From: a virus | DNA length: 64,000 bases | IMG/VR virus record: IMGVR_UViG_3300034082_004296 | Coordinates: 96,001 to 160,000 of that record | Strand: one strand, 5' to 3' | Shown here: piece after piece, positions 20,143-31,984 of the stretch | Position numbering within the stretch: the stretch's first letter is position 1 | Layout of the letters: every line of letters starts with the position of its first letter | Program-made: the position numbers and the translations under genes | Notes under the pieces: generated by a model | The model's database searches: none | What the model was told of the DNA's origin: nothing | Seen by the model: the letters and a program-made list of their open reading frames with translations, nothing else

Positions 20143-23100
20143 ATGGAAACAAAACATACGCTATCTGACGTTTTAAAAAGACTTGTTGTTGACATAGACA
20201 ACATGAATCAATTTTTATTCAGCTTACAAAATATTCTAGAGTCAAGCTCAGAGAACGTCACTGTTTCTCAAACAAAGGTTGATGGGACTTCAACCAATAT
20301 CACGGTTCCTTCATTTGGATATCTAAAAGGTAAGATCGAAGACATCAACACAAAGTTTGATACCTTAATCTCAGCAAATAGCGATGTGATTGGAATAAAG
20401 TCTTCTAGTGGAGACCTTAGGAAATTTGAATTAAAAAAGACCTCACAACTAGTAAAAGACTTGGAGGCCGTTCAAAACTCAACCTTTACTGTTCCAAGTT
20501 CATTTAAAGTAAAGAATAACTGGTTTTTTGAATCATTCCTAAATCCTTTGCTCTATGTTAGCTTAGATGTATCTGCTATCTTAACTGATGATATTGATCA
20601 ATTCGTAGTCAAAAGAATCATAGTCAATTCAGTTAATAACGATGATGTTGCAACATTCTTTGACGATAACTATAAAGGACAGAACAACCTTTCTTATCCT
20701 AGCCTAGTTCAGGAGCTTAACGATAATGGTATTGACTTTTTTGAAGACGATAATATCGTTGACATGGAAGTATCAGTAAATAGATATCAAGGATCCTTTG
20801 ATGTAGTTAAGATATTGGAGGAGACTGGAAACCAGACTCTAACAAGCGGAGCAACCGTTTCAACATTACGTCGTCGATATAAGTTAAGTACTCTAGTCTA
20901 TACTGACATATTGTCTGGAATACAAAATAGCAAATCTCTAGCTGAGGGTGACGTTTTACTAACTGCAAACGATACTGAATACCGAGTAATCTCAATAAAT
21001 TCTACGGATACTGAGGTCGTGCTCGAGAGAATATTTGGAAACGATCCTATCACAATAGGTGCAGATATTCTTAAGTTGAAGCCAGTTCCATATCGTCGAC
21101 CTGAATTACAAGTAAATGTAGGTTTTAATGAAAGAGAAGTGATCTTTATTAAACCTGTAAGCAAGGCTAAAAACCTAACAATTAATGATTTTTCTAAAGG
21201 GCTTGCTCTATATACAAATGAGTTGACAATTCCTTTGCAAGACGAGTCCACTACGACCCTCGCCGATTACTATAACAACTTTGTATCTGATTTTGGACTG
21301 ATTCTCTTGAATCTAGCAAAAGAAAAGACATTACCGTCGATCTTAGCTATAACGCCAGATGCGCCAGCCCTAGACGAGACCAGTTTTAAAGTATATCAAA
21401 TAGATCAGCATATCCAAGATGATAATAGCATAACTGAATTAAACAATAACGTAAAGGAAAAAGCCGCTCTTCAGCAAGAGGTTGAGGAACTTAACAAGAA
21501 GATTGACTCGATTAAATCGAGCATCACAACTATTTCCAAGACACCAAAGGAGGCAAAGCGTTTACAAAACAAGTTGACTGAATCTCTTACTGCTCGGAAC
21601 GAAAAAACAGCCGCTCTTTCTTCTATTGTCACTAACATTACAACTCAACTCTCTACGACCCCACAGTTTGTTACCAATAAAAAATATGAAGTTCGAGGAT
21701 TTTGGCAAATACCTAATCCTAAATTAGATAAGTATGGAACTCAAAACGTAGTCCAGTTTAAATACCGTTATCGATACTTAAGTCTTACTGGAACTCAACC
21801 GAACGCTCAACAACAATCATTCGTTGATGTTGATGGAGCAACCAAGACGGCGACCTTTTCTCCATGGACTGAGGTGTTAACTAAACCTAGACAAAAGGTA
21901 TTGGATGAGACTACTGGTCTTTATGTTTGGGCCGAAGAGACTCTTACTGATTCAGAAGTAGTAAACACAAATCAATTAAACATAGCGATTAGAAAAGGAG
22001 AATTAGTTGAGATTCAAGTAAAATCTCTCTCTGAAGCAGGCTGGCCAACGAATGCTGCTGAATCAGTATGGTCAAACGTAATTCAAGTAAAATTTCCAGA
22101 CAATATTCAATCTCAAGAAGAGGGTGTAGTCATGTCTCAAAAAGCATTTACCGAAAAGGCTAGGCTTGATTTTGAAAACAGCCTAAACGCTAAGGGACTA
22201 GACAATCACCTAGCTAATCAGTTTACTTCAGGCGATAAGTTCTATGCTCACCTAGCAGAAGACATTTCTAGTGGGTTTTTTACAAATGAAGGAAACGTCA
22301 TTGACTTATATCAAAAATTAAAAAATCTACAGTCTACTCTAGATGCAATCCAACAATCAATTAACCTTGATCGTGGAGTAATCAAAGTAAGCGTCATCGA
22401 CTCAGAAGGAAACTCATTAGACGTTGCAAACGGAGACACAATTCAACTTTTTGCTGGATATTATAAGGACCTAATTAAGGATACTACTGGAGGAACTGTG
22501 ATCTATAATGAAGGTGCAATAATCACCAAACAGTATGCTATCTCTATTCAAAATACGTCAGCTACAAATCTTGAATTAATTTCCCTATTATTTGGAGGAA
22601 TAAATGAATTAGCTGAAGGGGTAGATCCAGTAACAGGTATATCTGTTCCCACTGATCCGTTAGCATATCCTACTTCAGATTATCACGTAAACCGGAGATA
22701 TGATATTGTTCCGATTGGTGTCAATTCAAATCCAGTTCCTCTAATTTCTAACTTTAAACAAAAAGCTAGTACACAATCGGCTCAAGTAAAGAGCCAATTT
22801 ATTCACTCTAGAGTAAGAGAGTATGGATTGTCTGAAGAGATTTATTCTCCTAGCGTTCCTGCAACAACATACGCTGGAGCTACCTATTATACACAAGCAT
22901 ATGTCTATGATGGCAGAACAGTCGGCACTACACAATATGTTCCAGCAAACTGGGGACACTACTTACCGTTCAATCCTCAGTTATTAATTCCTGGAACAGC
23001 AACTGATTCTAGAATTTGGAATGGAACGACTAATGCATCGTCAATCGCGAATGGCTCTGGATACCTTACTGAATTCTGTATCAGTAAAGATCATCCTCAT

Positions 23101-23769
23101 CTTACTACATTGGGTCCATCATTCAATTCAGTCTATTCAGTTACTACATTGGCTGAAGCATTTCGACCAGACTTTAATGCCGTTGCACCAATCACAGCAG
23201 CAGACTTTCAAAAATACTTACCGTTTGCTCACTCACTTCACTTTGAGACTTCTGTCTCAGAAGTAACTAATGCATATAGTATTGAATATTATAAGCAGGC
23301 AAGTCGAATCACTCCTTTGACTCCATCTAATAACACAACATCGGCTGGTAAGAACGATAGTCACTATCCAATTAAGTTAGGTTTTGTGAAAGATGACGAA
23401 TATCTAATAGGAAAATATACATGCGGTTCATACCTTTATCTATATCCTACTACATATGAATCAGTATCTGTCGAAGGAAACTTCCCAGCGCGATCAGTTA
23501 AGTCTGTCACATTTGGTCCAGAGAATGCATTAAATATCCCAGTATTGTTTCAGTTCAGAGCATCTGATAGGTTGGGATATATTGGAGGATATCGAAGAAC
23601 CGGAGACGCTTTAACTAATATAAAATATTCAAAGAAGCTAGGCATTGATATTATCTTAAAAGATGATGCACCTTTCTCGTTTGATTTACAAGTAAGCGCA
23701 CAATATGCTAAAGAGACTACTCTAGATGCACCATTGGTTCAAAGTAAAGGAAAAGTTTCAAGTTTCTAA
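20143..23769 (+). CDS. Large virion structural protein (coiled coil plus beta domains)
   Basis: 1208 aa; coiled coil around residues 425-505; FN3-like segment VEIQVKSLSEAGWP...ESVWS. Confidence 0.6.
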   Translation: METKHTLSDVLKRLVVDIDNMNQFLFSLQNILESSSENVTVSQTKVDGTSTNITVPSFGYLKGKIEDINTKFDTLISANSDVIGIKSSSGDLRKFELKKTSQLVKDLEAVQNSTFTVPSSFKVKNNWFFESFLNPLLYVSLDVSAILTDDIDQFVVKRIIVNSVNNDDVATFFDDNYKGQNNLSYPSLVQELNDNGIDFFEDDNIVDMEVSVNRYQGSFDVVKILEETGNQTLTSGATVSTLRRRYKLSTLVYTDILSGIQNSKSLAEGDVLLTANDTEYRVISINSTDTEVVLERIFGNDPITIGADILKLKPVPYRRPELQVNVGFNEREVIFIKPVSKAKNLTINDFSKGLALYTNELTIPLQDESTTTLADYYNNFVSDFGLILLNLAKEKTLPSILAITPDAPALDETSFKVYQIDQHIQDDNSITELNNNVKEKAALQQEVEELNKKIDSIKSSITTISKTPKEAKRLQNKLTESLTARNEKTAALSSIVTNITTQLSTTPQFVTNKKYEVRGFWQIPNPKLDKYGTQNVVQFKYRYRYLSLTGTQPNAQQQSFVDVDGATKTATFSPWTEVLTKPRQKVLDETTGLYVWAEETLTDSEVVNTNQLNIAIRKGELVEIQVKSLSEAGWPTNAAESVWSNVIQVKFPDNIQSQEEGVVMSQKAFTEKARLDFENSLNAKGLDNHLANQFTSGDKFYAHLAEDISSGFFTNEGNVIDLYQKLKNLQSTLDAIQQSINLDRGVIKVSVIDSEGNSLDVANGDTIQLFAGYYKDLIKDTTGGTVIYNEGAIITKQYAISIQNTSATNLELISLLFGGINELAEGVDPVTGISVPTDPLAYPTSDYHVNRRYDIVPIGVNSNPVPLISNFKQKASTQSAQVKSQFIHSRVREYGLSEEIYSPSVPATTYAGATYYTQAYVYDGRTVGTTQYVPANWGHYLPFNPQLLIPGTATDSRIWNGTTNASSIANGSGYLTEFCISKDHPHLTTLGPSFNSVYSVTTLAEAFRPDFNAVAPITAADFQKYLPFAHSLHFETSVSEVTNAYSIEYYKQASRITPLTPSNNTTSAGKNDSHYPIKLGFVKDDEYLIGKYTCGSYLYLYPTTYESVSVEGNFPARSVKSVTFGPENALNIPVLFQFRASDRLGYIGGYRRTGDALTNIKYSKKLGIDIILKDDAPFSFDLQVSAQYAKETTLDAPLVQSKGKVSSF

Positions 23770-23790
23770 AAAAAATGAACGTACATCAAT

Positions 23791-26700
23791 ATGAGTAATC
23801 GTGACATAAATTATGTTAAGTTATTAACGGAGGACAGTAGTTTTCAATTAGTTAGGACAAATCCTAAATTAACCGGAAACGTTAAGATCACGATAAATGA
23901 ATCAGGAAACCTGTGGTTAGAATCGATAAAAGCGAACCCTGAGCTTTCAAAAGATCTCTATTCTAAAGTTCCGATCAATACTGCTCAATCTCATCCAGCA
24001 AACTTACTTAGATTTTTTAATAATGGATCAACTCCAAACGAGATAATATTTGACCTAAATGAACAGGTGAATGCTACCAAGACTTCTAAGAATTTTAAGG
24101 ATCAGTATGATTTTTCACACTATTTTAGTGGAGCAAAATATTTAGCATCCAATAAGTATACTGAAAGAATGTCGTATTTTGCCCCTCTGTATCTTAAAGA
24201 AGAGGTGCCAGACTATTTTATAATTTTTAAGATAGACGATCCCGCCAATTTTCCACTGGACCAAGTAAAACAAAACTATATCTCTGGGGAGACAAAGACT
24301 GATTACTTAATCGATCTTTTCACTCGAGCTTCAATCATCAAGACATTCGACATTAGAGCAGAAACTATTCCTGGAAAATACTTGAGAGATTACATAAACA
24401 ACGTAAATTTTCCAACAAGTCCATTGACTGTTCTCTATGAAGAGGACGACTTTACTACATGGAATGGCATCTTAATAAATGAAGGAATATTTGGAAGTAG
24501 AGGAGAGTTAATAAACAGTCTCTATACTTCTTCCCAACCTTTAAAGTTCTTTGAAGAAAACATTACTAATGGATTTTCTAGAAATGGTGTGATCTTTCCA
24601 AATATTTTAAACCTAGAATTTGTATTTAATGACGATAGCTCAAATAAGTACGATTTTAATAGATATCTAGGAATGTATGTAAATGCCATTGAGTTGACTA
24701 AGTTAGACATAGATCTTGACCGAGCATACTTAAATAGGGGAACTTGGGAAAACGAACCTCACTTTAGAAAGAGATTCCTAGAGACAGACGAAGCTTTTCT
24801 TACTCAATCAAATCCAGATGGCGTAATCGTTCCTTTTAAAAATTCAGAAGTAAAATTTTCAGACTTTTCAAGAACGTTCGTTGATTCAGACAATCTATTT
24901 ATAAATTACATAAGCGATAAGGATAGCCGGTTATATATGCCGAAACTAACTAATCCATTTAGTATAGAATATGAACCTTTAAAAACAGTCAGTCTTTCTG
25001 CAATTGGGGCTCTAGTAAACGCAAATATTACTTCGCATGGATATGAGACAAACGATCTAATCGTAATTGATTCGATTGACTCTGAGTATTCTGGTGAGTT
25101 CCTAATAACTGTAATAGATCCCAATAACTTTGAGTATACTGTCTCTTCTGCACCAGTCAATCCTACCTCGACTGGAACCTCTAAAAAAGAACTTTCGACT
25201 GGCCAGTTTAGGTTTGCAAATAACAAGATAGACCTTGGATTATTTTTTGGACAGAGTAGAAAAAATTTTTTACAGGACATTGGTACTGCAACTAAGGTTG
25301 CCGGTAAATCACATGCCGTAATAAAAATAAATTATGCAGGTCGTGTAAGTCAGTTTAACTTGTCTTCAGCCGGCACGAGTTACATTGGATCAACTGGTGT
25401 AACTACTACTGGAGGAAGCGGTACTGGCTTGACACTAGATCTAATCGATAACGGTGCAGGTGGAATACTATCAGCTACGATAGATCAACCTGGTTCAGGT
25501 TATCAAGTTGGCGATGTAATCACGATCGATGGCGGAAACAATAACGCAACAATTACTGTTTCAGCTGTCATAAACGCTTCGCTTGACAATTATGATGAGA
25601 TTAAAATATATCATCCAAATGGCACGCAAATTGACTCAATAGGTAAGTATGATTTAATAGTCTCAACTCAACTTTACCCATTGATTCCCAATCCTGGAGA
25701 GTACTATGTCTATAATGATTATGATAATGTCCTAGGATATGATGAGTTTTACATGAATGGTGGAGGCACTGCAAGTCAGATCGCAAGCGCACTTGCCGGA
25801 TGTATTAATGGTATTCGAAGTAGAACATTTACCGCCTATCAATATGATGATCGTGTATTTATTAAAGCCAATTCTCCTGGAGATTTTGATCAGTTACATA
25901 AGATCTCTTTCTTTTCTCCAGTAAATGAATATTCAGTAATCACAATAAATAGCACAAATACTGGATCTGCTCTGATTGGCTCAGTCTTTTCCTTTATGGG
26001 AGGATCTAAAGAAACGGGTAATCGACTAATCATAGATGCTGGTCATCTCAGTAAGATCGAGACAAACTTAGATTCTATTCTTGTAAAATCATCAGATAGC
26101 TGGTCAAAGATCAGAAAAGTATCACAATGGGTTGATGAGATCACTGAAACTAACTCAACTACTCAAGCTCTAAGATCAAAGGCCGTCTCAGAATATGATG
26201 GCAAAATAGCAATAGTATTGGAAGAAAATGAGACTCCAACAATCTCTAATAAAGAATTCCTAATGAAGCCTAAGTTTAGGCCTTCATTTGGTCTACTCTC
26301 TTTTTATCTAATTAAGGATCTAGACTTTGATTTTTACTCAAGTACATACACTAATTTTCCAATAATCGATTTATATCAGCACTATTTTATTCCAGAAGGA
26401 ATGGACCTATTGGAACCAGGCATAGACTATATCGTGTATAATGGTTCAATTTTAACAGAAGGTACGACATATCCAGCAAACTCAACATTTACAGTTTCTA
26501 CGATTACCTCATATTCAGTAGTAACAGGTACTCCATTAGTGACGTATGATCCTTCTACTACAAGTTCAGTGATTCCAGTCAATGATGAAAACAAGGAGCT
26601 TAAGAGTTTTGATGGATTCTCAATCCTAAAGGACCCAAGTAAGATCGTTCAGCAGGACACAAGTAATGAATACATATTTAAGACAAAATACTTAAATGGT

Positions 26701-29232
26701 CTTACTGATACAGAATACGATTACTATAAAGAAAATGAAAGCCTAGATTTTGCTCTACTGTCTAAGGTGATACCATACATCACTAAATGGGGAATTAAGA
26801 ACGGTAAAGACTCTCGAGATAATCCGTATCGATTAAACACTGAATTGATATTTGGTAGAAATAATTTTTCTCCTGACCATGCAGACAGGTCTCAAAATCC
26901 TATTAATTTTACGCATGAATGGTTTTACATAGAGAGCAAGTTTAATTATGTATATGATGAGAGCACTGCTGCACAAAACACAAGTTATTTTGATGTCCCA
27001 CTCAATGAATCGGCTCTTCTTTCTGATCCTGATTACTTTATCAACTATTTTACCTATACTCCAACCTCGTTAACAGGCAAAGAGATAGCTGATACTCAAT
27101 TTAGATACTCATCACTTTATAAAAATGCTGCAGACCAATATGAGGCTTTCTTTAAAGGCTTTAAGTTAACATTTAAAGACGTCACTGACCCTGCTGTTTT
27201 GGGAGCAGATGGAAAACCTGTTGCAAAAGATATTACTGCAAGGTTTGATGGATATAGGTTTAGCTGCATCTTAAAACCAGTATTAGAAGACATTAACGAT
27301 CATACTAAGCCTCCAATAAGATATAGAGTAGTCGAACATAAAGATTACAAATTCATACTAGTAATCATAGAAATATTCATAGGAAGCCTCTCTGAAATAG
27401 ACGATTATTGGAAAGATTCTAGTTTATTTGGTACCACTCAAGTCAGCACATCTAATTTTACAGCCCTGACTCCAAGCTCAGTAGAGTACTTTGACAGTGT
27501 TAATGGAGACTATCGATTATCATTTAACCAAGTATCTAACTTAACTCACACTCTTCTCTATTCCCTAAAGAATAAGAAATACAATACACTATTGAATTCT
27601 TTTTCCAATATTAAAATGGGTTCAAAGCTTAACATTACTCCTACTGGATTCAATGGAGCTAACTATACTATTCGCGCATTAGCTAATGCAAACACCCCAA
27701 ATTATGTAGGATCATTGACTGACGATGTCATCAACCCTACCGATTCTACCCTAATCTTTATAAAAGATCTTAGTACTAATTTTGATATCTTTGTGTGTGG
27801 ACTAGTAAGCTTTGTTCCAACTGTTCCATTGATTAATCCAATAGATTATTCTCTAGAAAAGTTTGTACACTACGATGGCATAAACTATGGAGTTGGACTA
27901 GTACTACCTTCCCTAGCACTATATGGAATACTTCCAACAAGTACCGTTTCCTTTATCAATCAGAATTTTGCTTTTAAAGTAATGACTGGTGGAGAAAAAT
28001 ACTTTGAAAAACTAATTGAAAAGATCTCATTTGCAAAGTTTAAAAAATACATTAATGAGCTAGACAATATCATAGAATATTCTTCGTACTCTCTTAACTC
28101 TGCCGGAGTCTCTGTTCTTAATCCTAATCCTAACTTTTATCTAGAGGTACTTGACGTTAGTTACATTGAAAAACAAAATCAATTAATAACTAACTTTACT
28201 GAGAGCATACCTATCCAGTTTTCTGGACAAGATGAAATCGGTACAGATTACGAAGTAGCAGATCTTCCAGTAAAATATGAACTAAACAGATATAAGGGAG
28301 AATACGAACCAGTCGTTCGAAACTACTCTATTTACCAATCAAATTATAAGTTTACCAAAAACGCAATAAATGATCTTTCTTTAAGTAACACTAAGATAAA
28401 TCCAGAAGTTTCCAATTTTCTGACTATTCAAAACTTTAATCATATTAAAGTAGCAGACACTCAGGTTTTAGTTTTAGAGTCTGACGAATCATACCTACCG
28501 ATTTATCCTAAGATAAGCGAAGTTGCAATCGGTCAAGGAGAATATTTCCTACTTCGAGGTAACTGGGATTGGGGATTCCACTACAAGTATTCAAATAAGG
28601 AACAGTATTCTCCGGTGTCTGGTGCACTGCGAATAGAAGAAGATGATTCATTCTTAGCTAAATTGATAAACTTGCCTGAGATAATAGAACTTAACGATTT
28701 TAATATCGAGTTTATTGATCCTGCAATAGAGTTTAAATCAGTAGATATATCCAAAGTAGAGATAGTTGCTAAGGAGACTCCTAATGCAGTAGAGGGAATT
28801 ATCAACGTAAATAATGTTCTTACTCGATTCCTGATTGAGGATGGGATTGATGCAAAATTTAACGAGTATCTAATAAACTCAAACCAGTATATTGGAAACT
28901 TTACCAGTATTTCTGATCCAGACATAAATGTTTCTTCGTATGTTAGGGAATACATAAAACTTAATATTTTAAAGTTGTATGATATTGATATAAATGCCTT
29001 TTATGCAAAAGAAGATACTACATTAGTGTCAACTAATCAACAGGCTGGCGCAAATCCAAACGCAATAGAATTTGTTTTCCTGGATGATAAGAAACGCTTT
29101 ACTCAAGGTTACAATATATTAAAGTCATTGCAAATAAATAAAAAAGATAAGTTGATACTCCAATTTAGTTTCTTAAAGAAACCAGGTACTGGTCTATTAA
29201 TAAGTCCAAAGATAAAAATTAAATTCATCTAA
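23791..29232 (+). CDS. Very large virion structural protein with an inserted GSGY beta-module
   Basis: 1813 aa; internal Gly/Thr-rich module ...PGSGYQVGDVITIDGG. Confidence 0.6.
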   Translation: MSNRDINYVKLLTEDSSFQLVRTNPKLTGNVKITINESGNLWLESIKANPELSKDLYSKVPINTAQSHPANLLRFFNNGSTPNEIIFDLNEQVNATKTSKNFKDQYDFSHYFSGAKYLASNKYTERMSYFAPLYLKEEVPDYFIIFKIDDPANFPLDQVKQNYISGETKTDYLIDLFTRASIIKTFDIRAETIPGKYLRDYINNVNFPTSPLTVLYEEDDFTTWNGILINEGIFGSRGELINSLYTSSQPLKFFEENITNGFSRNGVIFPNILNLEFVFNDDSSNKYDFNRYLGMYVNAIELTKLDIDLDRAYLNRGTWENEPHFRKRFLETDEAFLTQSNPDGVIVPFKNSEVKFSDFSRTFVDSDNLFINYISDKDSRLYMPKLTNPFSIEYEPLKTVSLSAIGALVNANITSHGYETNDLIVIDSIDSEYSGEFLITVIDPNNFEYTVSSAPVNPTSTGTSKKELSTGQFRFANNKIDLGLFFGQSRKNFLQDIGTATKVAGKSHAVIKINYAGRVSQFNLSSAGTSYIGSTGVTTTGGSGTGLTLDLIDNGAGGILSATIDQPGSGYQVGDVITIDGGNNNATITVSAVINASLDNYDEIKIYHPNGTQIDSIGKYDLIVSTQLYPLIPNPGEYYVYNDYDNVLGYDEFYMNGGGTASQIASALAGCINGIRSRTFTAYQYDDRVFIKANSPGDFDQLHKISFFSPVNEYSVITINSTNTGSALIGSVFSFMGGSKETGNRLIIDAGHLSKIETNLDSILVKSSDSWSKIRKVSQWVDEITETNSTTQALRSKAVSEYDGKIAIVLEENETPTISNKEFLMKPKFRPSFGLLSFYLIKDLDFDFYSSTYTNFPIIDLYQHYFIPEGMDLLEPGIDYIVYNGSILTEGTTYPANSTFTVSTITSYSVVTGTPLVTYDPSTTSSVIPVNDENKELKSFDGFSILKDPSKIVQQDTSNEYIFKTKYLNGLTDTEYDYYKENESLDFALLSKVIPYITKWGIKNGKDSRDNPYRLNTELIFGRNNFSPDHADRSQNPINFTHEWFYIESKFNYVYDESTAAQNTSYFDVPLNESALLSDPDYFINYFTYTPTSLTGKEIADTQFRYSSLYKNAADQYEAFFKGFKLTFKDVTDPAVLGADGKPVAKDITARFDGYRFSCILKPVLEDINDHTKPPIRYRVVEHKDYKFILVIIEIFIGSLSEIDDYWKDSSLFGTTQVSTSNFTALTPSSVEYFDSVNGDYRLSFNQVSNLTHTLLYSLKNKKYNTLLNSFSNIKMGSKLNITPTGFNGANYTIRALANANTPNYVGSLTDDVINPTDSTLIFIKDLSTNFDIFVCGLVSFVPTVPLINPIDYSLEKFVHYDGINYGVGLVLPSLALYGILPTSTVSFINQNFAFKVMTGGEKYFEKLIEKISFAKFKKYINELDNIIEYSSYSLNSAGVSVLNPNPNFYLEVLDVSYIEKQNQLITNFTESIPIQFSGQDEIGTDYEVADLPVKYELNRYKGEYEPVVRNYSIYQSNYKFTKNAINDLSLSNTKINPEVSNFLTIQNFNHIKVADTQVLVLESDESYLPIYPKISEVAIGQGEYFLLRGNWDWGFHYKYSNKEQYSPVSGALRIEEDDSFLAKLINLPEIIELNDFNIEFIDPAIEFKSVDISKVEIVAKETPNAVEGIINVNNVLTRFLIEDGIDAKFNEYLINSNQYIGNFTSISDPDINVSSYVREYIKLNILKLYDIDINAFYAKEDTTLVSTNQQAGANPNAIEFVFLDDKKRFTQGYNILKSLQINKKDKLILQFSFLKKPGTGLLISPKIKIKFI

Positions 29233-29233
29233 G

Positions 29234-31960
29234 ATGCCAATTAGAATAAACCTAAAGGAAATATTTTCGTCAGATCCTCAAGAGATATTAGTCGATAAGT
29301 TAAACTTTAACTATAACAAGTTGCTTGAGCTTGGCGTGGGTACTCCAGGACCAACTGGCTTGACTGGACCACAAGGACCAGCCGGACCGATTGGATTAGT
29401 TGGACCTCAAGGAGATCGTGGAGCTACTTGGTGGGTTGATTCAGGGGATCCAAATACTCTTACTTTTACTGGATTAATTGACGGTGATCTCTATCTTGAT
29501 CAGACATCCAACGTTTTTCAAGTTTGGAAATATGATGATGGAACCAGTACATGGGTAACAGTAGTGAGTATTGCTGCCATTGTGACCTCATATCTAAGTA
29601 GCTTATCGAACATTCCATTTGAGACAGTCACTACTTTTCAGGCTCCAGGATCGACTGCAGTAAATAAGTTTATCTTATTTGATAAACGAGACGATTATGT
29701 AGCTGATACCACTCGAGGTACTGCTAACGTTTCCCTTAACAATATGTTATTCCTAAATAACTTTGATGAGACTGATGTTACATATCCGATCTTGGGTCAA
29801 GACCAATACAATTCTCTACTTTCAATATTTCCTGCGCATGATGATACGCAAGATTCAGGTAGAGCTCAATCTGGTAGATACCATATTGAAATGGGATCCC
29901 TTTATATGGACAGCGATGTGTTGCCAGTAGGTACCATAAAATACAGTGATCTTAAGCATAACCTAAAAGCTAAGTTTTATAAGCAATATGTGGATCCAAT
30001 ACTTCCACCACAGCTTCCAGCAACTAATACATGGATCAATACTGCTAGGTTTTCTCTTTCCTATACTGAGAGTCAGTCTTTGCTAGACATAGATCAAAAT
30101 GCTGTATTTGAGTTTCTTTTTCCAAAGTGGAATAGCGAGAATCCATCGATCGGTGGTGTTACTTCATGGACAGCTGACGGTTTAGGTACAGGTTATACTA
30201 CTGCAACTGGTGTTGCTACAACAAGTGCAGGTGGAGGTACTGGCTTAACCGTAAACATAACGGCCGTCTTAGGTGCAATCACAGCAGTCATAGTAAATAA
30301 TCTTGGCTCAGGATATGAAGTCGGAGATATAGTTACGATTAATGGAGGCTCAACTAGTGAATCATTAACTATCACATCAGTTATTTTACCTGTGCAAGAA
30401 GAGTTATCCGTTGTGCTTAGTTCAGCTGAGGCAATTGTTGAACGTAGCCCAGCTCACACTCATATAGTAGCAGACGGTATTCACGTTTCAACTAAAAGTT
30501 CTTCTATAAATGCTACTCTAGGTTTAGCTCTAGACTATTCAAGTTTAAATGCTAAGCTTGATGCTAAGAATCACCTAATGTTAGACTCTAATTCTGGAGT
30601 AGATGGAGTGATTCTTCTAAATAAAGGCACTTTTGTTAATGGCGACGCGAATATTGTCGATGGATTAGCCATTGGTTCAGGATACGAAGATTTAACTGCA
30701 CCCGCAAATAGCTTAATTGTTGAAGGTAAGGTAGGAATCGGGATAGCTACTCCAGATGCCAATACTAAGCACCATATATATGAAACAGGTTCAGCTATAA
30801 TTAAAATAACCTCTCTTACTCAACTTGATTCTCTTTCTTTTTCAGGCTTTATTAAATTTCTTGCAGTCGATGCGATATCGATTAATGATATTTCTGGATC
30901 ACCTACCGTTGTTTTACAAAACAATTCTTTTACTGGAAATAACGCAATTAGTAGTTTTACAGGAAATAATCTTGATTTTTCTAGTACTCTTTCATCTCAT
31001 ACATTTAGTGGAACTCAATTTTGTGGAAATAAGATCAGCCTGCTGAATTCTTCAGATTTTACAACATTGTCGAGTGCTCTTGAGATCACCGGTAATCTTT
31101 TTACTCTTTCTCCAGTAATTACCTCATCATCCAATGGTAAAGTTTATGGAAATAAATTTGTTCTTCAACCGGATCTAAGTTCAGCAACTGGTGGCACAAT
31201 TAGAGGAAATCAAATAGAGATTACTAGCTATTCACCGAACTCTACTACTGAAATTAGAGGTACTCAAACAACAATTGAACAACTAATAGCTGATCCTCAA
31301 GGTATAACATATGGTAGTGTAACAAACATACAAGTAAACTCAAGCAATTCTTTATCTAGTGATCTTATCGGACAACAAATAAATGTAAATACTACAGGCG
31401 TATCTCTTCCTACTACCTCATATGGTTCCAGAATCATAATGGGAACTAATCTTCCATCACCCGGAACAGCATATGGTTATCATATAGTTGGCGCAACTGA
31501 TAACTATGCTGAAGGGGCTTCTAGATTTAAAGGATCAGTCTCAATTAATAATAATGATTCTTATGTACAATACGTTAAAAATACTTGGACAGGTTGGGCA
31601 ACTTGGGGATTTAATGTAAATCTTGTAAACTTCTCATTTGCATTGGACGAGTCCGGTTTACCTACTGGTTTTGGTGGGACATATGCAACCAGTGGTGCAC
31701 AAACGGCTGGCGGCACTACCGCAATATGGAGATTTAATCATCCCACGATCGATCCAAATAAAAGTACTTTACTTGCAACACCTAGGTTTGGAGGAGCAGG
31801 ATCAGCGCCATATGTCGGTAAAGTTGAATCAACTGGCTTAACGACCTTTTGTAGAATAACTGCTACTCAGTCATATATCATATTTACTAATATTGGTTCA
31901 ACTGCTTGGACAAATGACTCTCTAATAAGTTTTAGTTTTACATTAACTGAATGGGCATAA
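29234..31960 (+). CDS. Tail fibre-like protein with a collagen segment
   Basis: N-terminal DKLNFNY motif, Gly-X-Y run, GDLYLD, GSGY module, GKVGIGIATP motif and a beta-helix-like C-terminal half. Confidence 0.7.
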   Translation: MPIRINLKEIFSSDPQEILVDKLNFNYNKLLELGVGTPGPTGLTGPQGPAGPIGLVGPQGDRGATWWVDSGDPNTLTFTGLIDGDLYLDQTSNVFQVWKYDDGTSTWVTVVSIAAIVTSYLSSLSNIPFETVTTFQAPGSTAVNKFILFDKRDDYVADTTRGTANVSLNNMLFLNNFDETDVTYPILGQDQYNSLLSIFPAHDDTQDSGRAQSGRYHIEMGSLYMDSDVLPVGTIKYSDLKHNLKAKFYKQYVDPILPPQLPATNTWINTARFSLSYTESQSLLDIDQNAVFEFLFPKWNSENPSIGGVTSWTADGLGTGYTTATGVATTSAGGGTGLTVNITAVLGAITAVIVNNLGSGYEVGDIVTINGGSTSESLTITSVILPVQEELSVVLSSAEAIVERSPAHTHIVADGIHVSTKSSSINATLGLALDYSSLNAKLDAKNHLMLDSNSGVDGVILLNKGTFVNGDANIVDGLAIGSGYEDLTAPANSLIVEGKVGIGIATPDANTKHHIYETGSAIIKITSLTQLDSLSFSGFIKFLAVDAISINDISGSPTVVLQNNSFTGNNAISSFTGNNLDFSSTLSSHTFSGTQFCGNKISLLNSSDFTTLSSALEITGNLFTLSPVITSSSNGKVYGNKFVLQPDLSSATGGTIRGNQIEITSYSPNSTTEIRGTQTTIEQLIADPQGITYGSVTNIQVNSSNSLSSDLIGQQINVNTTGVSLPTTSYGSRIIMGTNLPSPGTAYGYHIVGATDNYAEGASRFKGSVSINNNDSYVQYVKNTWTGWATWGFNVNLVNFSFALDESGLPTGFGGTYATSGAQTAGGTTAIWRFNHPTIDPNKSTLLATPRFGGAGSAPYVGKVESTGLTTFCRITATQSYIIFTNIGSTAWTNDSLISFSFTLTEWA
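29339..29423 (+). repeat. Collagen-like Gly-X-Y repeat
   Basis: GTPGPTGLTGPQGPAGPIGLVGPQGDRG. Confidence 0.85.
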
Positions 31961-31984
31961 AATATAAAAATAAAAAAATATAAA

